Source of the DNA: Monocercomonoides exilis PA203
Taxonomy: Eukaryota; Protista; Preaxostyla
NCBI GenBank assembly: GCA_001643675.2
Contig: LSRY02000006.1
Coordinates: 1,054,001-1,118,000, forward strand
DNA length: 64,000 nt
Direction of reading: 5' to 3'
The notes beneath the pieces are model-generated. The model saw only the letters and a list, made by a program, of their open reading frames with translations. It was not told the origin of the DNA and searched no databases. Of this stretch, positions 38,158-50,154 are shown piece by piece (position 1 is the first letter of the stretch; each line of letters begins with the position of its first letter). Position numbers and translations under genes: made by a program.

Positions 38158-40188
38158 GGGTGATTTATTAACCCGAATATTTTTTTGAAAACCCGAATAA
38201 AAAATAATCAAATTTTTTTTTGTGTATTGTGTATTGATTTCGTTTTTTAAAAAATATTAATAATAAATATAATCAACAAGCTCTCGTTTGACAATTTTTC
38301 GAGTATTTCTTTGTTTTTTTTCATCATCAGAAAAATCATCTTTTAAAATTTTCAATGGGTTGAATTTTCTTTTTTTCGGTTTTTCATCTTCAAACAAAGC
38401 CTTTTCAATTTCTTCATTATCTTTTTCTTCATTTATTGACTCTTTTCTTTCATCCTTTTCTTTTTTCCATTCTATTAAAAATTCTTCATCGGTAATTAAT
38501 TTTCCAAAATAATCAAACCTTTTTGTTCTTTTCTTCAGAGTTACAGAAGGTTCTTTTGGAAGCTTGGCTAACACTTCGTGCCACTGATGAGATAGCACTC
38601 CGCTCTTTGCAAATGATGATTTTATTGTTGAAAGCAACAAAGAAGTTTGTTAAGCTTGTGGAAGCACATCAGCAAGCGCTTCTCGTCGCAAAACAACAGA
38701 AGAAGAAGAAGGAGCTTCATAATTAGCATTTATTGTCTTTTTAAACACAGCAAACACTCCACGATCCAAAGGCTGTGTGATGTGAGTGGTGTGTGGCACG
38801 AAGGTGACCACATCTATTGAAGAATCGGAGAACTTCTTCCACAAGTCAGGCTGCGCTCTCGAAGAATGAGAATCAAGAAGGAGAAGGCAACGTTCATCAT
38901 TCTTCTTCAAAGTTTCTCTTCTTTGCGCGATTCCTGGGGGAAACACTTCTTCAACGAATTTGAAAAATAGTTCTTCAGTCATCCAGCCTTCATTTTCTCC
39001 CCACACATTAAGTTGCGAGCTCAGAGCAAGGATTTGTTCATCTGGTTATTTGCGACAAGGCCAAAGATCGACATTTTTCAAATATAAGACATCAGCTGCA
39101 GCTGCAATTACGAGAGTTGTTTTTGACATATTCATAGGTGTTTTGGAGAAACCGGCAGGCATGTCGGAAGGATGGAAAACAAGAGAAGAGAAAGAATCAG
39201 AGAGTCGGAGAGAAGATTCATCGATATTAAAGATGAGAGAGTTTGAATAATGATGTTGATCATGAAGGTTTTGCAGAAGAGTGAAAAATGGAAGAAGAGT
39301 TTGTTGATTTGATGCGGAGAGCCTTAGGATGTCGACATTTCGAGGATGAGAAACTTTGAGATCGGGGTTCCTTTTTGTGTATTGATAAGGATATGCTTTA
39401 GAAATTTTCACTTCTTCATCTTCTTCATCAAAATCGTATTTTTTCCTATCATTTATAACAGTGTTCATCTGAATATATTAAAAAATAAATAAAAACAACA
39501 AATTAAATATTGTGACAAACTAATTTCCTCATTTGTGCAGCATTGTAACTTGTCCCACTTTCACATTCGATTTTTAGTACACCAAATATCGTTTCCTTTT
39601 CTTCCTTATTGAATAATTCTGGTCTTCCATTCTGTCCTACTTTTCTTCCTTTTTCCACAGCTGCAACTGCTCTATCAATTGCCGAGCGAGTAAATTCCTT
39701 CATGTTCGCAGCATCAGCAACCCGAGCTTCTCCATTAGAAATAATTGTTGCAACACGCTCTAATTTACTTTCAATATGTCGATATTGGAAGGATCTCATA
39801 AAACTTCTAATTTTCTTTAATCCTTGTCTTTTCTTTTCCACAACACTCATTTAAAAAAATTTTTTTGGTTATGATCATTTTTTTATTTTCAAAAAAAATT
39901 GTTTTGAAATGAAAAAAAAATCAAAAAAAATTTCAATCAAATTCTAACTTAGTCAGCCCCGTTGCTATTACCTAATCTCCTCAGGGGAGGCACTAATCAG
40001 AGATGGAGAAGCAACTCCCTTATCTCCTCCACATCAGAGATTAAGTATTGTTGCTTTATCTTTATTTCCAGTTACTGACTTTTCATTGAATTCGAAAAAC
40101 AATCAATAAAATATGAAAAATGGGCTGATAAAACTTATAAAAAAAAAATGTTCGGTTTAAAAAAAATATTCGGGTTAATAAATCACCC
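38158..40188 (-). mobile_element. pogo/Fot-like DD35D DNA transposon, copy 2 (full length)
   Basis: 29-bp perfect TIR GGGTGATTTATTAACCCGAATATTTTTTT; TA TSD within a TCTAGA target. Confidence 0.92.
38257..39850 (-). pseudogene. DDE_1 (pogo) transposase, intron 39469-39520, two in-frame TAA stops, no frameshift
   Basis: GRP-containing N-terminal DNA-binding region; IFNIDES, LLLDSHSSR, HITQPLD with 35 residues between the last two Asp; the three downstream ORF pieces share one frame. Confidence 0.85.
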
Positions 40189-40405
40189 TAGATAAAATGA
40201 TAACCCTGTATCAATAAAAAAAGAAAAAAAAAAAAATTGTCACGTCAGGACTTTGCTCAATATATAAAATGATTTCTTTATTGCTGATCTTTATTCTATG
40301 AACAATCGAAAGTTGGTAATTGATAAAGTGATTCGAAGATCAAAATGTTGAACCATAATTAATTCATCGAACACTTATGATCAAACCCATTGAATCATCA
40401 TAATA

Positions 40406-41285
<880 letters not shown>

Positions 41286-41478
41286 TTGTAAGTATTTTAT
41301 TTATACAATATTTTTATATTTATTCACGTTGCAATTTTTACAAAAACATCAACCATCGCATTCATAATAAAAAACAATTGAACAGAATAAAGAGGATATA
41401 TTTTTTAAGTTGCTTTGGTTCATTATAGAAAATAATGTGAAGGGAATTGATCTAATTAATTTTCAGTTTTTTTTATGA

Positions 41479-44400
41479 ATGCAAGTTGTTGATACTCCAA
41501 AGCACAAAAGACCTGCGGATTTGTCGATACTTCCTCAAGGCATTAAGGATACGCCGAAGCGTCTTCGACTTAATACTTCTTCAGGTGATTTGGAAGATAA
41601 TCCAGGAGAATTTCTTCGTGACATTAGACAATTAATTGTTGATGCATGCGACCGGGAAGCAGAAGACAAAGAAGATGAATTACAGGAAATAAAAAGAAAA
41701 ATTGCAAGAACAAAAGAAGAGATAAAGGCAGATAATAAATTAAAGCGTAAACAAAGGCTTGAACAGGAAATGGAACTTCGAACTGGTTACAGCAATGGGG
41801 TTCCCATTCACAATTCTCTATATTGGCTATTTCAACAAACTAATTTTGGAAAGGATTGCTTGGGAAAAAATAAAAACACTAAACATGCAAATACTGAAGC
41901 AATATTGAATGATTTTGAAAATGAAAAGACGAAAACGATCAAAGAAAATAAAAAAGAAAACGAACTTACAAATTTAACAGAAGAAACATCAAAATTAAAG
42001 TCAATTGAACGAATTCAACAATTTTCTCCGTTTCAGATTTCTGAAACGAACATCACAGCTTCTAACGATAGTTTTCTCAACACTACCAATGCAAAAATAC
42101 AAGAATCTGATGGTTTATTCAAATCAAATGATAACTCTTGTGAACAAAGCGAGCAAGATATTACACATTCAAAAATGAAACTTATTAAAGATGGACGAAA
42201 TATTCCGTTCTCTTTTCCATCATTAATAGATACTTTTCCACGCTTTGCTGCATTTTACAATCAACCAAAATTATATTTTGATATTTCAGAAGAGTTGAAA
42301 CAAGAAAGAAGAAAGATGGCTCGAATAATTGAAATTCGTCGTGGTTTGAGCACTGGTGACAAGCCTACACCTTACAAAGACATAAAATCTAACATTTTTG
42401 TATGCCGTAAAAGAAGAGTATCTGACGAAGTTCCAATGTGCAATTGTGTACGCGTCGAAGTTGATAAATCTAATTTGAACAAAAGTTCTGAAGCGGGAAT
42501 CAACCAAAAAGGAATGTTATCTGATAAAAGCGAAAAAGACAATAAAGACGAAAGCTCGTTAGAGAAATGTCAGGAAGCAAAAAAGGAGCAACAATTATGT
42601 GATCAAACAGATATAAAAGCTGAAAGCAAAGTAGCCAATGCACAAATTCCCAAAGATGAGCAATTAAACAAAGAAATTGACTCCTCATTAGCAGACTCGC
42701 TCAATCCACAAGAAACTGCGCATCCTCAGCCATCGCCAAAGCCCTCAGAAATTTCTGCCACACGAGTTGCAAATTGTGAAGAAGGGTGCATGAATCGAGG
42801 TTGTTTTATAGAGTGTGATCCAAAACAATGCAGGTGCGGCGAGCTCTGTCAGAACCAGCGATTTCAGCGGCATCAGTATGCCAAAGTAAAAATGATGAAG
42901 ACAGATGGAAGGGGCTGGGGCCTTTTTGCCGAAGAAGATCTGTCTCCTGGACAGTTTGTCATTGAGTACACAGGAGAAGTGATCGACCTGGAGATGCTGA
43001 AAAAAAGACTTTTGGAATATGATGGTATTTTTTATTAACAAAATAGAATTTGATGTGCTTTGTTTTTCATATTTTAACGAAATGTATTTTTATTATTTGT
43101 TTCATAACGTATTGCGGAAATCATTATATCTGATATTTTTTTTCTTTATTTTTTTAATACCAAATTTCTGAGTTAAATTATCATCTATGCATTCTTTTTT
43201 TTCTTATTTTTGAAATTTTATATTTCATTAATTATTAGGTGAAAGCAATTTTTATTTTTTGTCGCTTGGTGGCAATGAATTTATTGATGCATCGCGCAAA
43301 GGAAGCAGAGCACGATTCATCAATCATTCCTGCGAACCTTTGTGCGTGACACAGAAATGGTATGACGTCTGTACATCTCAAGTCATAGTTATTGGCGATT
43401 CGCTTATGAATGAACTATTTTCTTTGCAATGAACATTTGAAACAACTTAACTTGAAATTTGTTATTCATTATCTTTAAATGTGTTTGAAAAAATGATTCG
43501 TTTCCTTAAATTTTGATTATAATTATAATTCATGTTTTATCTTTGAAAACATTCTTTAATCAAATACGTATCGCATAAATTGTTTAGGACTGTGCTGGGA
43601 GAAGAATGTGTCGGAGTGTTTGTTGGGGATAAAATGATAAAAAAAGGCACAGAGTTGACAATGGATTACCAGTGGGAGAGTGTAAGCAGTGCAACTTTAC
43701 AAAAATGGTTTGAAAACAATATTTGTTTCTTTCGAATATTTTTATTTATTTCTTTTTTTTTATCTGTGAATTTATATTTCATTTTTATAATCAAATGAAA
43801 AAACCAAAAAATTCTAATTTTAACGCTTGATTGCGTATTGGTCAATGGATCGATGCTTTCACGAATCAATCTGAACCTGAATATGTTGTATTCAATGAAA
43901 AGTCGCTGTGGTTCTGCAAAATGCCGCGGCTATCTTCAAAAAATACCTCCTTCAACAACTGGAACACAAACTCATTCAACGCTTCAGCAACAGCTTGGTG
44001 ATTTCGAGTCAACTACAGATGGCACCAAAGACAAAATACCTCATACACCTCCTCTATCACCTCTTTCTCCTGTCACTCCCTTGTCTCCTGCATTACAGCC
44101 AGAAATTGATTTGACTGACTCAACAAATCTAACTATGTCAAGACCACCCACTACCATCAGACACACCATGCCTATTGTTACAAAGGTTCATCCATCAAAG
44201 AAAGTTGAAAAAGAGACTGAAGGGGAAGCCAAAAAAGAAGAAATAAATCCAATGACGGACGCAAAACAAAAAAAAATAAAAAAAGAATTTCTGATCGATA
44301 AGCATAAAGAAAAGTCAATTTTTCTAAATCCACTGCTTCTTTCAATTCCTAATTCACTTGATGCTAAAGACTTTTCTTCTTTTACAGAAACTCTCTCAGT

Positions 44401-44872
44401 CAAGCAATCATCAGCATTTGAAAAAATACCTAAAGAAATACCTGATGCTAATCTTCCGCCATTTCCACCTGAACCCAATTCATCACAATCTCTCACTTTT
44501 GAAATGCCAACACATCTTCTTTTGCGCTCGCCAAGAACTCCTCCGGTTGTTGACGATTTGCGGAATACTCGAATTATGGGAATGGCTCATTGTGCTTCAC
44601 ATCTGCATTCACGATTTCTTTCTCGTAATATCCGAACAACATTGGTTGACCGAACACTGCTTTGTAGGGATGTTGCTAACTATAGAGTTTTCCCTGATGG
44701 ATATGATTTTTTGAAAGGAGGAGAAATTATTCTACAGGAATTGGCCGACGAATTACGAAACAGAGAAAGAAAAGCTTGGGAAGATAGTCATTTGGATCAA
44801 AAGATTTCTGATTTTCTTGATGAAGATGTATTGTTTCTTTCAACAAGAAAGAAAAAGTACACAAAAACCTGA
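41479..44872 (+). CDS. AWS-SET-postSET histone lysine methyltransferase (SET2/ASH1/NSD H3K36 family); introns 43025-43238, 43360-43587, 43708-43902
   Basis: CMNRGCFIECDPKQCRCGELCQNQRFQ, GRGWGL, FVIEYTGEVI, IDASRKGSRARFINHSCEP, ELTMDY, CRCGSAKCRGYL. Confidence 0.9.
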
Positions 44873-45059
44873 ACTGTGTTCAATGATATTATATTTAAAA
44901 AAATGATTTCGTATTAATTATTTGTACAAAAATAGTTTTGCTTGCTACAAATCAAAATTAATTGTTTATTCAGCATTCAAGTTAAAATTAATAATCATTT
45001 TGTTCATATTAAAAATTTCACTGAAGTTGTTCTGCACTATCAAAAAACTAATAACATAT

Positions 45060-45238
45060 GGGGCAAAATTCTTTCATTTATGAAAAAAACAACAATTTGT
45101 TCCAAACTTTTTCCACAACCTTATCATGAGAAATCTTTCATTTTAACATCAAAAACACATAGGAAATTTTTCGAAAATTTCAAAACTAATTAAATGTTCA
45201 GAATGGAACAAAATTCAAAAAGCAAAAAAGATCGTCCT
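45060..45238. mobile_element. ~180-bp mini-element of the GGG-ended family
   Basis: Left end atatGGGGCAAAATT matches 45355. Right end TGGAACAAAATTCAAAAAGCAAAAAAGATCGTCC matches 53478-53511 at 32 of 34 nt. Confidence 0.6.
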
Positions 45239-45465
45239 GGATGGCTAATCCTTTTTGAAATAATACTTTCGTTCGGGTTTTGATCAAAAATTTGTTTTTA
45301 ATGGGATTTTGAAAAAAATGAGTTGAAATTGGGAACACTTATTGTTTATGATATGGGGCAAAATTTTTACGTTTACGAAAAATTCCGTGTTTTGAACCAA
45401 ACTTCTTCCACTTATATATTACAATGAATGTTACGTAATTATGCAATAAAAGTTTTTTTGTGTTA

Positions 45466-46787
45466 CAGTTTGTCCCAAAAAAATGTTGATCTGTCCTTTT
45501 TTAATGTTGATCATACCATGCTAATTAAATAAATGATAAACCATATTTTTCATTTTTAAGCTTCACTATTAATTGAAATCCATTCATAGAGTTGAAACTT
45601 TGAGCTTTTGCTGTTGTTTTTTTGTAGGCATAATTTGCAGTGTTAATGGTTTGTATATTACCTATTTTACTACTTCATATATTGTTTTTCAACTTTTATT
45701 TTTAGCATTGTCAATTTCACTCGATAGATGTCTTGCAATAGAATGCTTTTGAAGAATTCAGATTTTTTTGGATTGAAAAATTTGTTTCAGAAGCTATGTT
45801 TGTTTTTTGTTGATATTTAGAAAGTTTATTGTAATGAACTGAGAAAATGTTGTTGTTTATCTTTTTGATTCGCATTTATATACTTTTTAACAAATAAATT
45901 ATTCATTTTCGCATCAGAATTTATTAATACAACTGATTTTAAGTAATTTTATTTTTCTAATTGACCTCAAATGCTTTTGTTGAGAAAAACGAAACGATAT
46001 TTTAATTCTTTATCAAAATGAGATCGTGTATTTATTTGAACATTGTTTTATTTATATATTCTATATTTATATGCAAATTTCACAATATATTAGTTTTATT
46101 CTTCTTAAACATGATGTAAATAGCAAGAAAATAAACTTGCAAAACAAAAAACTTTACGGCAAAGAATAAATTATAAAAAAAAGCATGAATATATATTATT
46201 TGAAAGAATTTCAACTAATCAACAGTTAATTAAAACAATAAACTCTTTGATCCAGATTAATAAAATTCTCACATAAATCAAGATTTAACAATATTGCATA
46301 CAGATATTCACTTAAAAAAAGGTGAAATTGAAAATTAATCCTCAAATATTAAAAGAAAACTTAAAAATAAATAATTATAAATGAACATTTCTTTCGCAGA
46401 GTTGCGAGAAAGTTTAGTTTCATATTTTCATTTTAATGTAAAATAGAAGTCTTCATTTCGTCTAAATTTCATCCACATCAACTTCTTATTGGCTTTTCAC
46501 CTTTAATTTGTCTCATACTGCGTTATTCGATAAAAATAGAAAATACTCAATTGCTAACATAATTATTTGTTAAAGTGGACATAAAACAAACCATATCAGG
46601 TGGTACATTGCTTCCAATAAATTTCTGCGCAACTTATGAACATGAACAACTCTTCGAATGATAAATTCACCACAAAAACACTCACAGAAAGACGAACTCC
46701 AATCAATATTGGGTGGCTTTTCAAATATTGTTGATGGTATGATCGACATTAAAAAAGGACAGATCAACATTTTTTTGGGACAGACTG
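45466..46787. mobile_element. Non-autonomous Tc1/mariner-type element, 1.3 kb, TA TSD
   Basis: 54-bp TIR CAGT(T/C)TGTCCCAAAAAAATGTTGATCTGTCC...CATACCAT with 2 mismatches. Confidence 0.9.
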
Positions 46788-47199
46788 TATCCATAATTAA
46801 AATATTATTCGAGTTTATGAACGAACATCATATTTGTGGAAATAACAGGAGAGCATTTAAGAAAGGGGTGATAAGGATCACAGCATAAATAAAAAAATAC
46901 GAAGAGAAAGGTAACAAACGAAATTGAATTGTTTTTACTGTTGATGAAAGTTAGGAATTATCTGTGAAATTGTGAACACTGTTATGACTAACATTTGATG
47001 AGAAATGAATCATTCAAAAGGACATCAAAAGAAGAACCGACGCTCTTGGGGAGCATAGAATTCATCATTATTGAGGATATATGAAAAAGAAAAAGAAGTT
47101 ACGAAAGATAATGAAGAAGAAAGAAGAAATAACATTATGAGCCGAATGAAAAATAAGAATATAATATTTCATTGAGCATTTATATCGCATAAATCACTT

Positions 47200-48265
47200 G
47201 AGGATCGTTTTTGAAGACCAACCGCTAACATTTCGCGATGTTTTAGGAGAGAGAAAGGCGACGGATGAGATCGATTGCTTCAGAAAGAGAAAACATAGAT
47301 GTTTTGCATTGGACATTTCGCACGTGCAAAGTTAGAAATTTTCATTCGAACATATGAATCTTGCAAAGCATTAACGCGTTCAATTTTAAGAAATCAGGCC
47401 ACGTCTCATTCTTCAATAGTTACTCTATCTTCTTCTCTCTTTTCTGTTAATTCGATATCAATTTCTGAATTGACACAAATGGAATCTGAAACGGAGATTC
47501 CCCCTCATTTGTTTGTGCGAATTTGTCTCCGTTATGCCCATCTTTGAAGGAGAAGAGATACGAGCTCCGCATCTGGCGTCTCTCTTTGATCGGCACGTTG
47601 AAGAAATTCCAAGCTTGGCAATGAGGCAGAAGGCAGACATTTGGACGTGTGAAGTGTGACATTTGCGCTGTCGAAAGGGCGGGTTTTGTTTCATGTAACA
47701 ACAAACAAAGAGATGCTGAAGCTGATTCAACATTCAAAGTGGGAATAACAGTATTAGCTGAGGAGAGAAAGCTGCGAGCATCAGGCTAACAGATGCACTG
47801 ACGAAACTGGGAAGTTATTGAGCATATTTATTGTTCCAATTACCAAAGTGAAGACTAAAAATGTGATTATCTTTTCGTACAGATTGATACCAATTCACAA
47901 AATGCTGTTTGATAACGTGGTGTTTTCCTCTGTTCTATCAACTGCGTGTGTAGCGAACGCATCCGCAGAAGCGAGTTGTCCGAAATGAGAAGACGAGTAC
48001 TGATGAGCGACCTATCATCGCTCGCTGACTGATTCCACATGCTCAACTCGCATAAACTCTTGAGTGTCGAAAAGGAAGTGCATCACCAATTTCTGAACAT
48101 GAGTGCGACAAAGCATATAACTCAGAAGAAAGCTCAGCAAAAAACGGAAAAAAGAAGATTTCCGGAACTGTATATGCTTCTGCACCACATTCTTTGCCAA
48201 CTTTTTTATTATTACCATTATCTTCTTCTTCTTGCTCCTCCTTCTCCTCCTCCTCCTCTTCCTCT

Positions 48266-48297
<32 letters not shown>

Positions 48298-49900
48298 TTC
48301 TTTCTTTGCCTTCATCATCTCTCTTCTTCTTCTTCTTCTTCTTTTTCATCTTTTTCTTGTTCAAACCGCTCACATTCTAACATTTGTGTGTATCCAAACA
48401 GAGGAAATTTTTCATTGCGCGCACATTCCACGCCATCAAATGAATAGATTGTTTGGAAGAGATGAATTATATGAACATAACATCCTTTAACTCCACTGTG
48501 AGGCTACTATTGAAAAAAGCATTCAAAGTAATCAAGAGCATAAAGATGGCAATCAAATTAGAGAAAAAAAGAAGCCAATGAAATGAATCCAAAGATGATA
48601 ATGTTGCACAGTGCTTCACAAGCAGAATGCAATTCACAACAAAACAAGCAAGCCGCACAAAGTGGTTTCTGCCTTCTTTACTTTCAATAGCCTCATTCAC
48701 CATTCTCTCCTCCTCAATTTCAGATGATATGTGTTTTGAGTGGTGTAACTGCAGAAAGCTCATCAGCAGGCAACAAATGGATTTTGTGACAGGATTCTTC
48801 AATAGAATATAAATACTATCCATATTCTTGGAGAGTTGAAGAGCCATAGCGGGGTAGGAATAAAAATTATCTGGTCACTTTCTCTTTGGATAGAACTTCA
48901 AGAATTTTGGATATTAAGTCACAGAAGTATGTACAGACGGATACAGTATTTGATGAAGCACGGATGCATCTCTTCGTTCAAATATAATGAAATAACATTT
49001 TGATATAGCAGAAAAGAAATTAAATTGGATAAGGTTGGAATGCTACAGTAGAAGAAACTTTTCAAATTATGCAAATGCATCTTATTAAATAAAATACCAA
49101 AGATAAAGTGAGAAGGTTGAAAACAGAGAAGGAAAAGAGGAAGAGAGATAGAAAAAGAATCGGTTTAAGCGGTTAATACTCCTGATGGACAAACAGAAGA
49201 AGAAAGAGAAGAAAAGCTTCAGCAACTTCTGGGAAGAGTAAAATGCAACGGGGAATTCATTTCTTCGACCGATGGAGTGGTTGTGCTGATGAATACAAAC
49301 AACTTATTTGCGAAAAACAATTTCAAAGAATGAAAGAATCGTCTGAGGAAAGGCATGGATGAGAAGAAGAAGGAGACAATGAGAGAATGAGAAAGAGAAA
49401 ACAAAAGGAAAAAGAGACTAATGAATTTTTGAAGACGGTTGTTCGGGAGCAGGTTGAATGACAGCAGACAAGGAAGACGAAGAGAAAGGCAAAGAAGACA
49501 GTTCTAACGAAGCACTGCTCTACGAGAAAGAAAATGAGCGCATTTCATTTGAAGAGAATGTTTAAGACTAAAAGTGAGAAAAGGAGAAAGAAAAGCTACT
49601 CAGTTTCACTTTCTCAATACTCTGAACAAAATGAAATGTCTCTCATCGTCTTTTTTAATGTCCATTACAGTTATGGAATTGCAGCTTTTGATGGAACAAA
49701 ATATCCTTTCAGCCACATTTGGAATGATGAAAGGAACATATGCCCGTATTATTCTGTTTCACATGGGCCCTTACAGGTTTCCGAGAATGAGAAATGAAAA
49801 GAAAATGCAATTGCTTTTAATTCCATCAATGTTTAAGATTTTGTTTAAATATCCACAATAACAAGTGAAGCGAGCAATTTTGAGTCACTATTGTCTCTTG
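47200..49900 (-). pseudogene. Decayed host-gene-like sequence
   Basis: Higher GC, poly-Glu microsatellite, short broken ORFs (47447-47737, 48043-48318, 48467-48847). Confidence 0.4.
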
Positions 49901-50154
49901 TGACTTGACAATGCTTCACATTCTTATATAAATACTGCTTTTATTGGATGCCTTACAGATTCTCTGCTTTTTGAAAAGATAAAAATCAGAAAATGTTTAT
50001 TATTTTATCAATTTTTGTTTTCTTTTTAACCATTTGACTGAATCAATTATTTCCTTTAAAATACTTATGATTTGATTTTGGTTCATTTTGTCTAATAAGT
50101 GATACCCTATATTCGTTTCATTAATCCCATGATTAATTGCTAATCCAAATAATC

